Assembly (NCBI RefSeq): GCF_039770275.1
Contig: NZ_JBDMYO010000012.1
Source: Nonlabens sp.
GTDB lineage: Bacteria > Bacteroidota > Bacteroidia > Flavobacteriales > Flavobacteriaceae
Strand: one strand, 5' to 3'
DNA length: 64,000 nucleotides
In this document: piece by piece, positions 10,316-21,538 of the stretch
How positions within the stretch are numbered: position 1 is the stretch's first letter
How the letters are laid out: each line of letters opens with the position of its first letter
Made by a program: the position numbers and the translations under genes
Notes under the pieces: generated by a model
The model's database searches: none
What the model saw: the letters and a program-made list of their open reading frames with translations, nothing else
Told to the model about the DNA's origin: nothing

Positions 10316-11242
10316 ATGGAAAGAAGAAAATTTATACGCAATACAAGTACTGGCATCATGGCTGGTGCGGCTTTATGGTCCAACTATGCTCTCGCTAATG
10401 GTATTTTCACTGGACCAGAACTAGCACCTGGAACTAAGAAAATTACCATTTTACATACTAATGACACACACTCACACATCGAACCTATTTCTGGAGGTCG
10501 TAATGATGGTCGTGGTGGCGTTGCTCGCAGGGCTGCCATAATTAATAAAGTGCGTTCTGAAAACCCCAGTACTTTATTACTAGATTGTGGCGATATCTTT
10601 CAAGGTACACCATATTTTAACTTCTATGGCGGTGAGCTTGAGATTAAATTAATGTCTATGATGGGATATGATGCTGCGACTATAGGAAATCACGATTTTG
10701 ATAACAGTATAGAAGGCCTGTATAAGCAGTTACCTAATGCAGATTTTGACTTTGTTATATCCAATTATGATTTTTCAAATACAATAATGGATGGACATAC
10801 TAAGCCTTACAAGGTTATGGTTAAAGATGGTGTACGTATCGGACTTTTTGGTGTAGGAATAAAACTTGATGGATTGGTTGACCCAAAAATGTATAAAGAA
10901 ACTATTTACAACGATCCAATAGAGGTAGCAAAAGATCAAATTAAAACACTACGGGAGACTGAAAGATGTGATATCGTTATTTGCATGTCACATTTAGGCT
11001 ATTCCTATAGAAGTGATAAACCATCTGACTTATCGCTTGCGGCAGCAACATCTGGGATAGACCTTATTATAGGTGGGCATACACATACGTTTTTAGATGA
11101 ACCTGTAATTGTTAAAAACGCCTTGGATAAAGAAGTGATGGTAAATCAAGTAGGTTGCTATGGTATCAACCTAGGTCGTATAGATTTTTACCTTAAAGAT
11201 GGTAAATTAGATAAAGGTATGGATGTTGTATATGAAGTTTAA
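10316..11242 (+). CDS. Metallophosphoesterase (5'-nucleotidase N-terminal half), Tat signal
   Basis: MERRKFI twin-arginine motif; HTNDTH, DCGD, GNHDFD, GGHTH metal ligands. Confidence 0.9.
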   Translation: MERRKFIRNTSTGIMAGAALWSNYALANGIFTGPELAPGTKKITILHTNDTHSHIEPISGGRNDGRGGVARRAAIINKVRSENPSTLLLDCGDIFQGTPYFNFYGGELEIKLMSMMGYDAATIGNHDFDNSIEGLYKQLPNADFDFVISNYDFSNTIMDGHTKPYKVMVKDGVRIGLFGVGIKLDGLVDPKMYKETIYNDPIEVAKDQIKTLRETERCDIVICMSHLGYSYRSDKPSDLSLAAATSGIDLIIGGHTHTFLDEPVIVKNALDKEVMVNQVGCYGINLGRIDFYLKDGKLDKGMDVVYEV

Positions 11243-11359
11243 CCCATATTTATTAAGGGTGTTTTTAAATTAAAACACTTAAATAATCAATAAATCCCTA
11301 TAAAAAATAGGGTTGTTTATAAAATAAATTAGTTTTTTACCGATCATACCCTATATTTG
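11242..11359 (+). promoter_or_regulatory. amtB promoter (-7 TATATTTG at 11352-11359) with repeated palindromic operator-like sites
   Basis: ACCCATA-N5-TAAGGGT (11242-11260), TCCCTAT-N5-ATAGGGT (11295-11313) and half-site ACCCTAT (11348-11354), each 53 bp apart; Bacteroidota TAnnTTTG element. Confidence 0.55.
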
Positions 11360-11382
11360 AAAAACAATCAAATAGAATCACA

Positions 11383-12666
11383 ATGGGTAAAAAACTAAAC
11401 TTTCTTGTTCTCGCTTTTTTAGTATTTATCAGTCTTATTTTCAATTCGCCATACACAGAAAATGGTGATATGAGTGCCATAGATAGTGGTGATACGGCGT
11501 GGATGCTTATCGCATCTGCTTTTGTATTGTTGATGACACCAGGACTTGCCTTTTTCTATGGTGGTATGGTGAATAAAAAATCCATGATATCTACTATGTT
11601 GCAAAGTTTTGTAGCCCTAGGGGTCGTAAGTATTTTATGGGTAATTGTTGGGTTCTCACTAGCCTTTGGAGAAAGCTATTATGGAATCATTGGAAATCCC
11701 ATGACTTATTTTAATTTTAAAGATGTAGGTCTTGCTCCTAATCCAGATTTTGCTGGAACGGTACCTTTTTTAGTATTTGCTTTATTTCAATTAAAATTTG
11801 CCATCATAACGCCGGCACTGATCTCTGGAAGTTTTGCAGAACGCGTACGTTTTAGAAGTTACATTCTTTTCATGGTTTTATTTACCATATTTATCTACAC
11901 ACCACTTGCCCACATGACCTGGCATCCAGATGGATTGCTACGCAATCTAGGTGTACTAGATTTTGCTGGTGGAACTGTAGTTCATATGAGTGCTGGTTTT
12001 GCAGCGCTCGCAGGAGCAGTTTATCTAGGAAAACGTAAAAAAATCACACATGATCCCGCAAATGTTCCTTATATCATTTTAGGAACTGGACTGCTGTGGT
12101 TTGGATGGTTCGGTTTTAATGCAGGAAGTGCGCTCGCTGCAAATGCAGATGCCGCTATCGCTTTTGCAAATACTAATATCGCCAGTGCTACCGCCATGAT
12201 CACTTGGATGTTCTACGAACGATTTAGAAATCGTAAAATGAGCGCATTAGGAGCTTGTATAGGCGCCATTGTGGGATTAGTTGCCATCACGCCAGCTGCT
12301 GGGTTTGTAACCATTTCAGAAAGTATATTTATAGGATTTATAGCAGCCATCACTAGTAATCTTGCAATCTCATGGTTTTCTAAAACAGGTATTGATGATA
12401 CGCTAGATGTGTTCCCTAGTCATGGTGTAGGCGGCATGGTAGGTATGATATTAACCGCTGTTTTTGCAAAAGATGTAGGACTCGTAGCTGGTGAAACAGA
12501 AACATTTATGTGGCATATTATTGCGCTAGTTGCGGTAGCCATGTTCACCTTTGGCGGAAGCATACTGTTTTATAAAATCGTAGATGTATTGATTCCTGTT
12601 CGAGTGCGACAAGATCAGGAGGAACGTGGTCTGGATGCTAGTCAGCATGGTGAAGAAGTGAATTAA
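11383..12666 (+). CDS. amtB: Ammonium transporter
   Basis: MTPGLAFFYGG, DFAGGTVVH, WFGWFGFN, DDTLDVFPSHG motifs. Confidence 0.96.
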   Translation: MGKKLNFLVLAFLVFISLIFNSPYTENGDMSAIDSGDTAWMLIASAFVLLMTPGLAFFYGGMVNKKSMISTMLQSFVALGVVSILWVIVGFSLAFGESYYGIIGNPMTYFNFKDVGLAPNPDFAGTVPFLVFALFQLKFAIITPALISGSFAERVRFRSYILFMVLFTIFIYTPLAHMTWHPDGLLRNLGVLDFAGGTVVHMSAGFAALAGAVYLGKRKKITHDPANVPYIILGTGLLWFGWFGFNAGSALAANADAAIAFANTNIASATAMITWMFYERFRNRKMSALGACIGAIVGLVAITPAAGFVTISESIFIGFIAAITSNLAISWFSKTGIDDTLDVFPSHGVGGMVGMILTAVFAKDVGLVAGETETFMWHIIALVAVAMFTFGGSILFYKIVDVLIPVRVRQDQEERGLDASQHGEEVN

Positions 12667-12682
12667 CAAAAATATAATTTTC

Positions 12683-12698
12683 CGCTGTCGCGAAAGCG
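12683..12698. repeat. Palindrome copy (1 mismatch) between convergent amtB and ligA
   Basis: TTTTCCGCTGTCGCGAAAGCGGAAAA (12678-12703), 26-bp imperfect palindrome. Confidence 0.85.
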
Positions 12699-12728
12699 GA
12701 AAATCACGACCCTACCATTAAAATATTA

Positions 12729-15191
<2,463 letters not shown>

Positions 15192-15202
<11 letters not shown>

Positions 15203-15428
15203 TTGCTTCATCTCTATCAAAATCAAACTTACCTACATATTTACCATGCTCTTCAGCAAAATTGAGAAGCTTATCTACAGAGGATTCGTATTTTTTAGGC
15301 TTCCTAACATTGTTTTCTAGAAACTCTCTAATTACTTCGTTAAGAGACTTCCCTTGCTTTTTAGCATATTCTTTACTTGCTTCTATGAGCTGATCTGATA
15401 ATCTGATTGTTAAATTTTTTGTTGCCAT
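15192..15428 (-). CDS. Ribbon-helix-helix antitoxin (DUF6364-like)
   Basis: KNLTIRLSDQLIEASKEYAKKQGKSLNEVIREFL RHH pattern; directly upstream of and overlapping the PIN gene. Confidence 0.85.
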
Positions 15429-15439
15429 GATATTATCTT

Positions 15440-15607
15440 TTATCTCGCGTTTGCTTCTTCTCTATTGAACTTTTTTACACCAAAATATCCAGCATTCTCT
15501 TCTGAAAAGGCAGCTATTTTCTCAGAGGTCGTTAAATACTCCTTAGGCTTTCTAACGTTGTTTTCAAGAAACTCTCTAATTACTTCACTTAAGAAGTTCA
15601 ATTTCAC
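15440..15607 (-). pseudogene. N-terminally truncated paralogue of the antitoxin (55-codon ORF from GTG, or a remnant)
   Basis: Translates (M)KLNFLSEVIREFLENNVRKPKEYLTTSEKIAAFSEENAGYFGVKKFNREEANAR*; 29/50 aa identical to the C-terminal 50 aa of the intact antitoxin; not in the ORF track. Confidence 0.75.
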
Positions 15608-15611
15608 AAAT

Positions 15612-15645
15612 CAAATATACAGTTTGCACAGATGCTGTGCAAACT
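15612..15645 (-). promoter_or_regulatory. TA operon promoter with overlapping inverted-repeat operator
   Basis: Minus strand TTTG-N20-TATATTTG (Bacteroidota -33/-7); perfect IR AGTTTGCACAG-atg-CTGTGCAAACT at 15621-15645 covers the -33 box and spacer. Confidence 0.7.
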
Positions 15646-15715
15646 TGTAAATCTCTTAAATTAGAAACGTTTTAAACAATCAACTTTGTATCTTGAACCC
15701 AAATAAACTTCTTTT

Positions 15716-18013
15716 ATGAAATTACGTCTCGCGATACTTTTTCTAAGCCTTATGTTCATTATCGGTTGTAAGGAACAAGGAGTTCAACTATTAAGTCCAT
15801 CTATCATTCCTGCTCCACAATTTTTAAAAGTAGATGCTAGACACTTCAGCATTGATGCAGCTACCATCATCAGTAATGGGGACGATTTCACACATTCTGT
15901 AGACTTTTTAAAAGCCTTTTTAGAACAAGGAACTGGTCGTAATTGGGAAACTAATTATACCACTGAAAACATTATCACTTTTGAATATGACGGCGCGATT
16001 ACTTCAAAAGAAGGTTACACTATAGAAATTAATGAGCAACAAATCCTCATTAAAGCCAGTACCGATACCGGCGCTTTCTATGCCGCTCAATCTCTTATAC
16101 AATTAATGCCAACAGATTTTTTGGATTCGAAAAACATTTCAGAAATTCACATTCCTGCGGTTACCATAAACGACGAGCCACGTTTTAAATATCGTGGTAT
16201 GCACCTCGATGTATCGCGACATATGTACGATGTGGATTTCATCAAGAAATACATCAACGCGATGGCGATGTTAAAGATGAACAACTTTCACTGGCATCTT
16301 ACAGATGATCAAGGCTGGCGTATCGAGATTAAGAAATATCCGCGATTACAAGAAGTAGCCGCTTATCGTGACAGCACTTTATTGGGTCATTACAACGACA
16401 CACCACATCAATATGACGGTAAAAAGTACGGTGGTTTTTATACACAAGAAGAAGTTCGTGAGGTGATCGCTTTCGCGAAAGCGAGACACATCAACGTCAT
16501 TCCAGAAATAGAACTACCTGGTCACGCACAAGCCGCTATCGCCGCCTATCCAGAATTGGGTTGTACTGGAGAAAATGTCCAAGTTGCCATGAAATGGGGC
16601 GTTTTTGAAGACATCTACTGCCCAAGCGAAGAAACTTTTACATTCCTAGAAAATGTACTGGACGAAGTAATGGAATTATTCCCTTCCAAATACATACACA
16701 TAGGTGGCGATGAAGCGCCTAAAACGCAATGGAAAACCAGTGCTGTCGCGCAACAAGTTATTCAAGAAAACGGCTTAACAGATGAGTATGAATTACAATC
16801 CTATTTTATCCAGCGCATGGAGCGATACCTCAACTCAAAAGGTCGCCAAATCATAGGTTGGGACGAGATTCTAGAAGGTGGACTGGCGCCTAATGCTACC
16901 GTAATGAGCTGGCGTGGTACTCAAGGGGCTGTCGAGGCCGCACAAGCTGGACACGATGTGATTATGACGCCTACGTCGCATGCTTATTTTGACTATTATC
17001 AAAGTGAAAATGATGACGAACCACTTGCCATAGGCGGATTTCTACCTTTAGAAAAAGTATATAATTTCAATCCTATTCCACAAGAACTGACCAAAGAAGA
17101 ATCCAAACATATTCTAGGACCACAAGGAAATGTATGGACAGAATATATGAAGACCAGCGACCAGGTGGAATACATGGCTTTTCCTCGCATGCTGGCCATG
17201 AGCGAAGTTGCATGGACTAACGAAGCAAACAAAGATTACTCTGGCTTTTTAAATAGACTTGAGGCTTTTCACAAACGATTAGATGCACTGGATATCAACT
17301 ATGCAAATCATCTTTATGAAGTGAGCGGCGTTTTAAATGATAGTCTCGCCTACGAATTAAGCACCGTAACCTTAGGAAAAGAAATACGCTACACAACAGA
17401 TGGGACGATACCTGATGCTACTTCTACCTTATATGAAAGAGCTATTCCATTTAACCAAAACCTAGAAATCAACACCACTGTTTTCAAAGATGGTAAAGCG
17501 CTAGGAAAAATGTTTAAACAAGAATTGATCTACCATAAAGGTGTAGGCGCAACCCTAACGATTGATAAAACACCGCACAGCGCTTATGCTGGTAGTGGCG
17601 CTACAGGATTGATTAACGGCATTAAAGGAAGTGATTCCCGTTATGGCGATAGTGAATGGTTGGGATTTTGGGGAGAAGACCTTGAAATTGAAATCGAATT
17701 TGAGGAACCTATTTTAATCTCAGAAATCGAGCTTAGATTTTACAATGCGCCTGGGCAGTGGATTTATGCGCCGAAACAATTTTCGTTTTACTCAAGATTT
17801 GAAAGCGGAGCTCTAGTTGCAGATAAAATTTTACTTAAAAATGAGGCTCAAAGTTCGCTAGTAGATTTTAAGTACGATTTTGGAAAATATAACAAAAGCA
17901 ATAAGTCAAAAAATATAAAATTCATAATCCCAAACTATGGCTTCATCCCAGAAGGCAAACAAGGCGCAGGAAATAAAGCCTGGACTTTTATTGATGAGAT
18001 TGTAATTAGGTGA
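15716..18013 (+). CDS. Beta-N-acetylhexosaminidase (GH20), lipoprotein with C-terminal accessory domains
   Basis: RGMHLDVSRH, FHWHLTDDQGWR, HIGGDE catalytic motif, IGWDEI; lipobox IIGC. Confidence 0.93.
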   Translation: MKLRLAILFLSLMFIIGCKEQGVQLLSPSIIPAPQFLKVDARHFSIDAATIISNGDDFTHSVDFLKAFLEQGTGRNWETNYTTENIITFEYDGAITSKEGYTIEINEQQILIKASTDTGAFYAAQSLIQLMPTDFLDSKNISEIHIPAVTINDEPRFKYRGMHLDVSRHMYDVDFIKKYINAMAMLKMNNFHWHLTDDQGWRIEIKKYPRLQEVAAYRDSTLLGHYNDTPHQYDGKKYGGFYTQEEVREVIAFAKARHINVIPEIELPGHAQAAIAAYPELGCTGENVQVAMKWGVFEDIYCPSEETFTFLENVLDEVMELFPSKYIHIGGDEAPKTQWKTSAVAQQVIQENGLTDEYELQSYFIQRMERYLNSKGRQIIGWDEILEGGLAPNATVMSWRGTQGAVEAAQAGHDVIMTPTSHAYFDYYQSENDDEPLAIGGFLPLEKVYNFNPIPQELTKEESKHILGPQGNVWTEYMKTSDQVEYMAFPRMLAMSEVAWTNEANKDYSGFLNRLEAFHKRLDALDINYANHLYEVSGVLNDSLAYELSTVTLGKEIRYTTDGTIPDATSTLYERAIPFNQNLEINTTVFKDGKALGKMFKQELIYHKGVGATLTIDKTPHSAYAGSGATGLINGIKGSDSRYGDSEWLGFWGEDLEIEIEFEEPILISEIELRFYNAPGQWIYAPKQFSFYSRFESGALVADKILLKNEAQSSLVDFKYDFGKYNKSNKSKNIKFIIPNYGFIPEGKQGAGNKAWTFIDEIVIR
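16468..16483. repeat. Palindrome copy (perfect) inside the GH20 gene, encodes IAFAKAR
   Basis: Direct match. Confidence 0.95.
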
Positions 18014-18080
18014 TTAGTATCAAATACAAAACCTTTTCCCAGCCCTAAAGGGTGAGGTTTCTAACATTTCGCTTAATATT

Positions 18081-18122
18081 CCAGTTACAGTTTCAAATTC
18101 AGTTTAGATTTAAGTTTAAGTT
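18081..18122 (+). repeat. Degenerate hexamer tandem tract (NNAGTT)n
   Basis: ccagtt acagtt tcaaat tcagtt tagatt taagtt taagtt. Confidence 0.5.
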
Positions 18123-18163
18123 TAAAAAACGATTATCGTAAATTCAACCATTAAAAATTAAAA

Positions 18164-18895
18164 ATGTTACTAGAAATCTGCGCATCCAATTATCAGAGCG
18201 CCATAAACGCTCAAAAAGCTGGCGCACATCGTATAGAATTATGCAGTGAATTAGGCACTGGTGGCATTACACCTAGTTATGGACTACTCAAAAAAGTAAT
18301 GCAAGAACTGACCATTCCAGTCATGGTATTGATTCGTCCACGATCTGGGAATTTTGTTTACAGCGCTGCCGATTTTGATATCATGAAACGTGATATAGAA
18401 TTGTGTAAAGAACTAGGTTGTGCAGGAATAGTTTCTGGTGTTTTGACTGCTGATTTTAAAATAGACATCAAGCTTACGAGCGAGTTGATTGAACTATCAC
18501 GACCATTACCTTTTACCTTTCACAGAGCTTTTGATCATGTGGTTAATCCAGAACAAGCGGTGATGGATTTGGTGAATTTAGGCGCGCAACGTATCCTTAC
18601 TTCTGGACAGCAACCTAAAGCTATTGATGGACTAGAAAACTTGAAACGCTATCAAGAAATTGCAGGAGAAGAATTAACGATCATGCCTGGTGGTGGCATA
18701 AATGCTGGTAATTGTTCTGCTTTCGCGAAAGCGAAATTCAAAGAAATTCACGCCAGTGCAACAGAAATCATTACTCAAACTACTATGGAGAAAGTCCCAA
18801 TGAATTCACCTAAATTTCTTCAAGAAAACATAGAAATTATTTCTAGTAAAAACAACATCACTACCCTACTCAAAAATTTAAAAAATGAGGATTAG
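18164..18895 (+). CDS. cutC: CutC-family protein
   Basis: GAHRIELCSEL..GG.TPSYG, IRPRSGNF, TFHRAFD, RILTSG. Confidence 0.93.
   Translation: MLLEICASNYQSAINAQKAGAHRIELCSELGTGGITPSYGLLKKVMQELTIPVMVLIRPRSGNFVYSAADFDIMKRDIELCKELGCAGIVSGVLTADFKIDIKLTSELIELSRPLPFTFHRAFDHVVNPEQAVMDLVNLGAQRILTSGQQPKAIDGLENLKRYQEIAGEELTIMPGGGINAGNCSAFAKAKFKEIHASATEIITQTTMEKVPMNSPKFLQENIEIISSKNNITTLLKNLKNED
18718..18733. repeat. Palindrome copy (1 mismatch) inside cutC, encodes SAFAKAK
   Basis: TGCTTTCGCGAAAGCG. Confidence 0.9.
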
Positions 18896-21413
18896 TTTAT
18901 TTATAATTTTAGCTATTCTCATAAGCTCTTGTAAAGAAGAACGTCCTAATAAAGAACGACAGTTTATAGAAAGCAACTGGTCGCTTTATCAAGACGATCA
19001 TCACATGGTTTCTGATACTTTGACGATTCCTTTAACTGTTCACAGTGCTTACTTACCTCAACTTAATCATCCATTTATAGGTAACAATGAAGACAGTTTG
19101 CAATGGATGACTGAATTAGATTGGACTTACGAAACGGTTTTCACAGTTGATAAAGCAACACTTGCCAAAGAATATACTACCTTAAATTTTGAAGGAATAG
19201 ATACCTATGCTAGCATTGAACTTAATGGTCATGAGATTCTTGAAACAGATAATGCATTTTTACATTGGGAAGTAGATGTAAAGTCTATTTTAAAGAAAGA
19301 AAACAAACTAGTAGTAAAAATAAAATCACCTTTAGAAATAGAAGCACAAAAAGCACTTGCAAATCCCTATACCTTACCAGAAGGAAATAGGGTTTACACT
19401 CGTAAAGCACAATATCAATACGGTTGGGATTGGGGTCCGAAGCTCAATACCATGGGAATATGGAAACCTGTTTATCTTGAGGCTTACAACGATTTTAAAA
19501 TCAAAGATATTTATATCAAACAAAATTTTGTACAAGATTCTACAGCAAATCTTACCGCGCAGATTAAGTTATCGCAGCCTCTAGAAGAAAAGGTTACCTA
19601 TCAAATTAAGGTAAATGACAGCCTATATCCATTTAAGATTACTGACTCTTTATCGGTTTACAATAAAGACGCTACACAAGAAATCCATTTTGAAATCCCG
19701 CAAGTGCAACTATGGTGGCCGCACAATATAGGCGATCCTTATTTATATGAAATCGAAGTTTTAGTTTTAAAAGATCAAAAAGTTATTGATTCTAAAAAGT
19801 TGAAAAGAGGAATACGCACCATAGAATTAGTGAATGAGCCTGATGAACATGGAACAACCTTCTATTTTATAGTGAACAATGTGCCTGTTTACATGAAAGG
19901 CGCTAATTATATTCCGCAAAACTCGATGCAGGATCTGGTTACTGATGATCATTATGAAAAATTGCTGAGTGATGTCAAGGAAGCTAACATGAACATGCTA
20001 CGTGTTTGGGGCGGCGGCATTTATGAGAACGATATTTTTTATGAGAAGTGCGATGAAAAAGGAATATTGGTTTGGCAAGACTTTATGTTTGCTTGTGCGA
20101 TGTATCCTGGTGATGCACGCTTTCACGAAAGCGTAACCAACGAAATCAAACAGCAAATTACCAGATTGCGTAATCATAGTAGTATTGCCTTGTGGTGCGG
20201 TAATAATGAAACCAGTGAGGCGTGGCACAATTGGGGCTGGCAAGAAGGAAGATCGCAAGCAGAGCGCGATAGTATCTGGGAAGATTATCGTGCTGTTTTT
20301 CAAATCGCTATGCCTAAATATGTGAGCGAACTCACCAAAGAACCCTACTGGGAAAGCTCGCCAGAATACGGTCGTGGCAATCCCAAATATGAGTTTGAAG
20401 GTGATGCGCACGACTGGCGCGTGTGGCATGATGCCTATCCGTTTGAGCATTTTGAAGAACATGTACCACGATTTATGAGTGAATTTGGTTTTCAATCGCA
20501 TCCATCTTATGAGGCGATACGGTATATTAATGAAGACGGAAGAATTAACATCCAGTCAGATGATTATGCCTCGCATCAAAAACACGCTCGTGGAAATGAA
20601 TTGATACGAGAATATATGGAACATGATTTTCCAGTTCCTACTAGCGATGAAGATTATGTTTATGTAAGTCAACTACTGCAAGCCTATGGAATGTCTAAAG
20701 GAATTCAATCACATCGTAGAGCCAGACCGTATAATATGGGAACGCTATACTGGCAACTCAACGATTGCTGGCCTGCAGTAAGCTGGTCCAGTATCGATTA
20801 TTTCGGTAACTGGAAAGCCTTGCATTATCAAGTGAAACGTGATTTTGAAAATGTGTTGATTAGTAATGTGGTAGAGAATGATATTTTAAAAACTCACATA
20901 GTAAACGACAACCAAGAAACCGTTGTGGCAGATTTTAAAATTGAAATTATTGATTTTAAAGGAAAAGTAATTTATCGAGATATGATTGATAGTAGTGTCG
21001 CTTATGTAAAACCAAATTATAGCGAGGTCATTCATTCACTTCAACTGAAAGATCTGGTTTTTAATCGATCAAATGTTTATATCAAAACTAGTTATGGTTC
21101 TCTTGAGAAGATTTCATTTTTTAAAAAGCCTAAAGAGCTGAATTTGTTAAAAGTAGACTTAGCAATGAAAAGTTCAAAAACTAAAAACGGTTACAAAATC
21201 ACATTGAAATCTAATGTTTTTACAAAAGATCTATTTCTATATAGCAATGTAAAAGGTCATTTTTCAGATAATTTTTTCAATTTAGAACCTAACGTTGAAA
21301 AGACACTTTATTTTGAAACTAATAGTGATGAAGGAGCCGTATTAAACATGAAATCATTAAACGAAATGAATTATAAATATGAGCTTATTGAAGATACGGA
21401 ATACTGCTATTAA
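18885..21413 (+). CDS. Beta-mannosidase (GH2), lipoprotein
   Basis: RKAQYQYGWDWGP, NMLRVWGGG, WQDFMFAC, WCGNNE, SEFG, WQLNDCWP motifs; lipobox ISSC. Confidence 0.93.
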   Translation: MRISLFIILAILISSCKEERPNKERQFIESNWSLYQDDHHMVSDTLTIPLTVHSAYLPQLNHPFIGNNEDSLQWMTELDWTYETVFTVDKATLAKEYTTLNFEGIDTYASIELNGHEILETDNAFLHWEVDVKSILKKENKLVVKIKSPLEIEAQKALANPYTLPEGNRVYTRKAQYQYGWDWGPKLNTMGIWKPVYLEAYNDFKIKDIYIKQNFVQDSTANLTAQIKLSQPLEEKVTYQIKVNDSLYPFKITDSLSVYNKDATQEIHFEIPQVQLWWPHNIGDPYLYEIEVLVLKDQKVIDSKKLKRGIRTIELVNEPDEHGTTFYFIVNNVPVYMKGANYIPQNSMQDLVTDDHYEKLLSDVKEANMNMLRVWGGGIYENDIFYEKCDEKGILVWQDFMFACAMYPGDARFHESVTNEIKQQITRLRNHSSIALWCGNNETSEAWHNWGWQEGRSQAERDSIWEDYRAVFQIAMPKYVSELTKEPYWESSPEYGRGNPKYEFEGDAHDWRVWHDAYPFEHFEEHVPRFMSEFGFQSHPSYEAIRYINEDGRINIQSDDYASHQKHARGNELIREYMEHDFPVPTSDEDYVYVSQLLQAYGMSKGIQSHRRARPYNMGTLYWQLNDCWPAVSWSSIDYFGNWKALHYQVKRDFENVLISNVVENDILKTHIVNDNQETVVADFKIEIIDFKGKVIYRDMIDSSVAYVKPNYSEVIHSLQLKDLVFNRSNVYIKTSYGSLEKISFFKKPKELNLLKVDLAMKSSKTKNGYKITLKSNVFTKDLFLYSNVKGHFSDNFFNLEPNVEKTLYFETNSDEGAVLNMKSLNEMNYKYELIEDTEYCY
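20118..20133. repeat. Palindrome copy (1 mismatch) inside the GH2 gene, encodes RFHES
   Basis: CGCTTTCACGAAAGCG. Confidence 0.8.
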
Positions 21414-21427
21414 ATGAATAGCATATT

Positions 21428-21451
21428 GTCAGTTCAAGCGCAGTCGAGAAC
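21428..21451 (+). repeat. REP-like element (GTCA-tagged)
   Basis: GTCAGTTCAAGCGCAGTCGAGAAC; 22/24 identical to the reverse complement of 22583-22606. Confidence 0.75.
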
Positions 21452-21472
21452 GAATTAAAAAAGTTGAGATTG

Positions 21473-21502
21473 TTAAAGCAGATTCCGCATCGAGTGCGGA
21501 AT
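21473..21502. repeat. REP-like hairpin, direct repeat of 22618-22646
   Basis: TTAAAGCAGATTCCGCATCGAGTGCGGAA, 29 bp identical; stem ATTCCGCA/TGCGGAAT. Confidence 0.8.
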
Positions 21503-21538
21503 TTCAAGTTCAAGTTCAAGTTCGAGTTCAAGTTCAAT
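21503..21538 (+). repeat. Hexamer tandem repeat (TTCAAG)6
   Basis: ttcaag ttcaag ttcaag ttcgag ttcaag ttcaat; overlaps the prmC stop codon. Confidence 0.8.

Noticed and set aside
18031-18057. CCTTTTCCCAGCCCTAAAGGGTGAGG as a REP remnant
   Set aside because: Single imperfect copy in the window; cannot be supported
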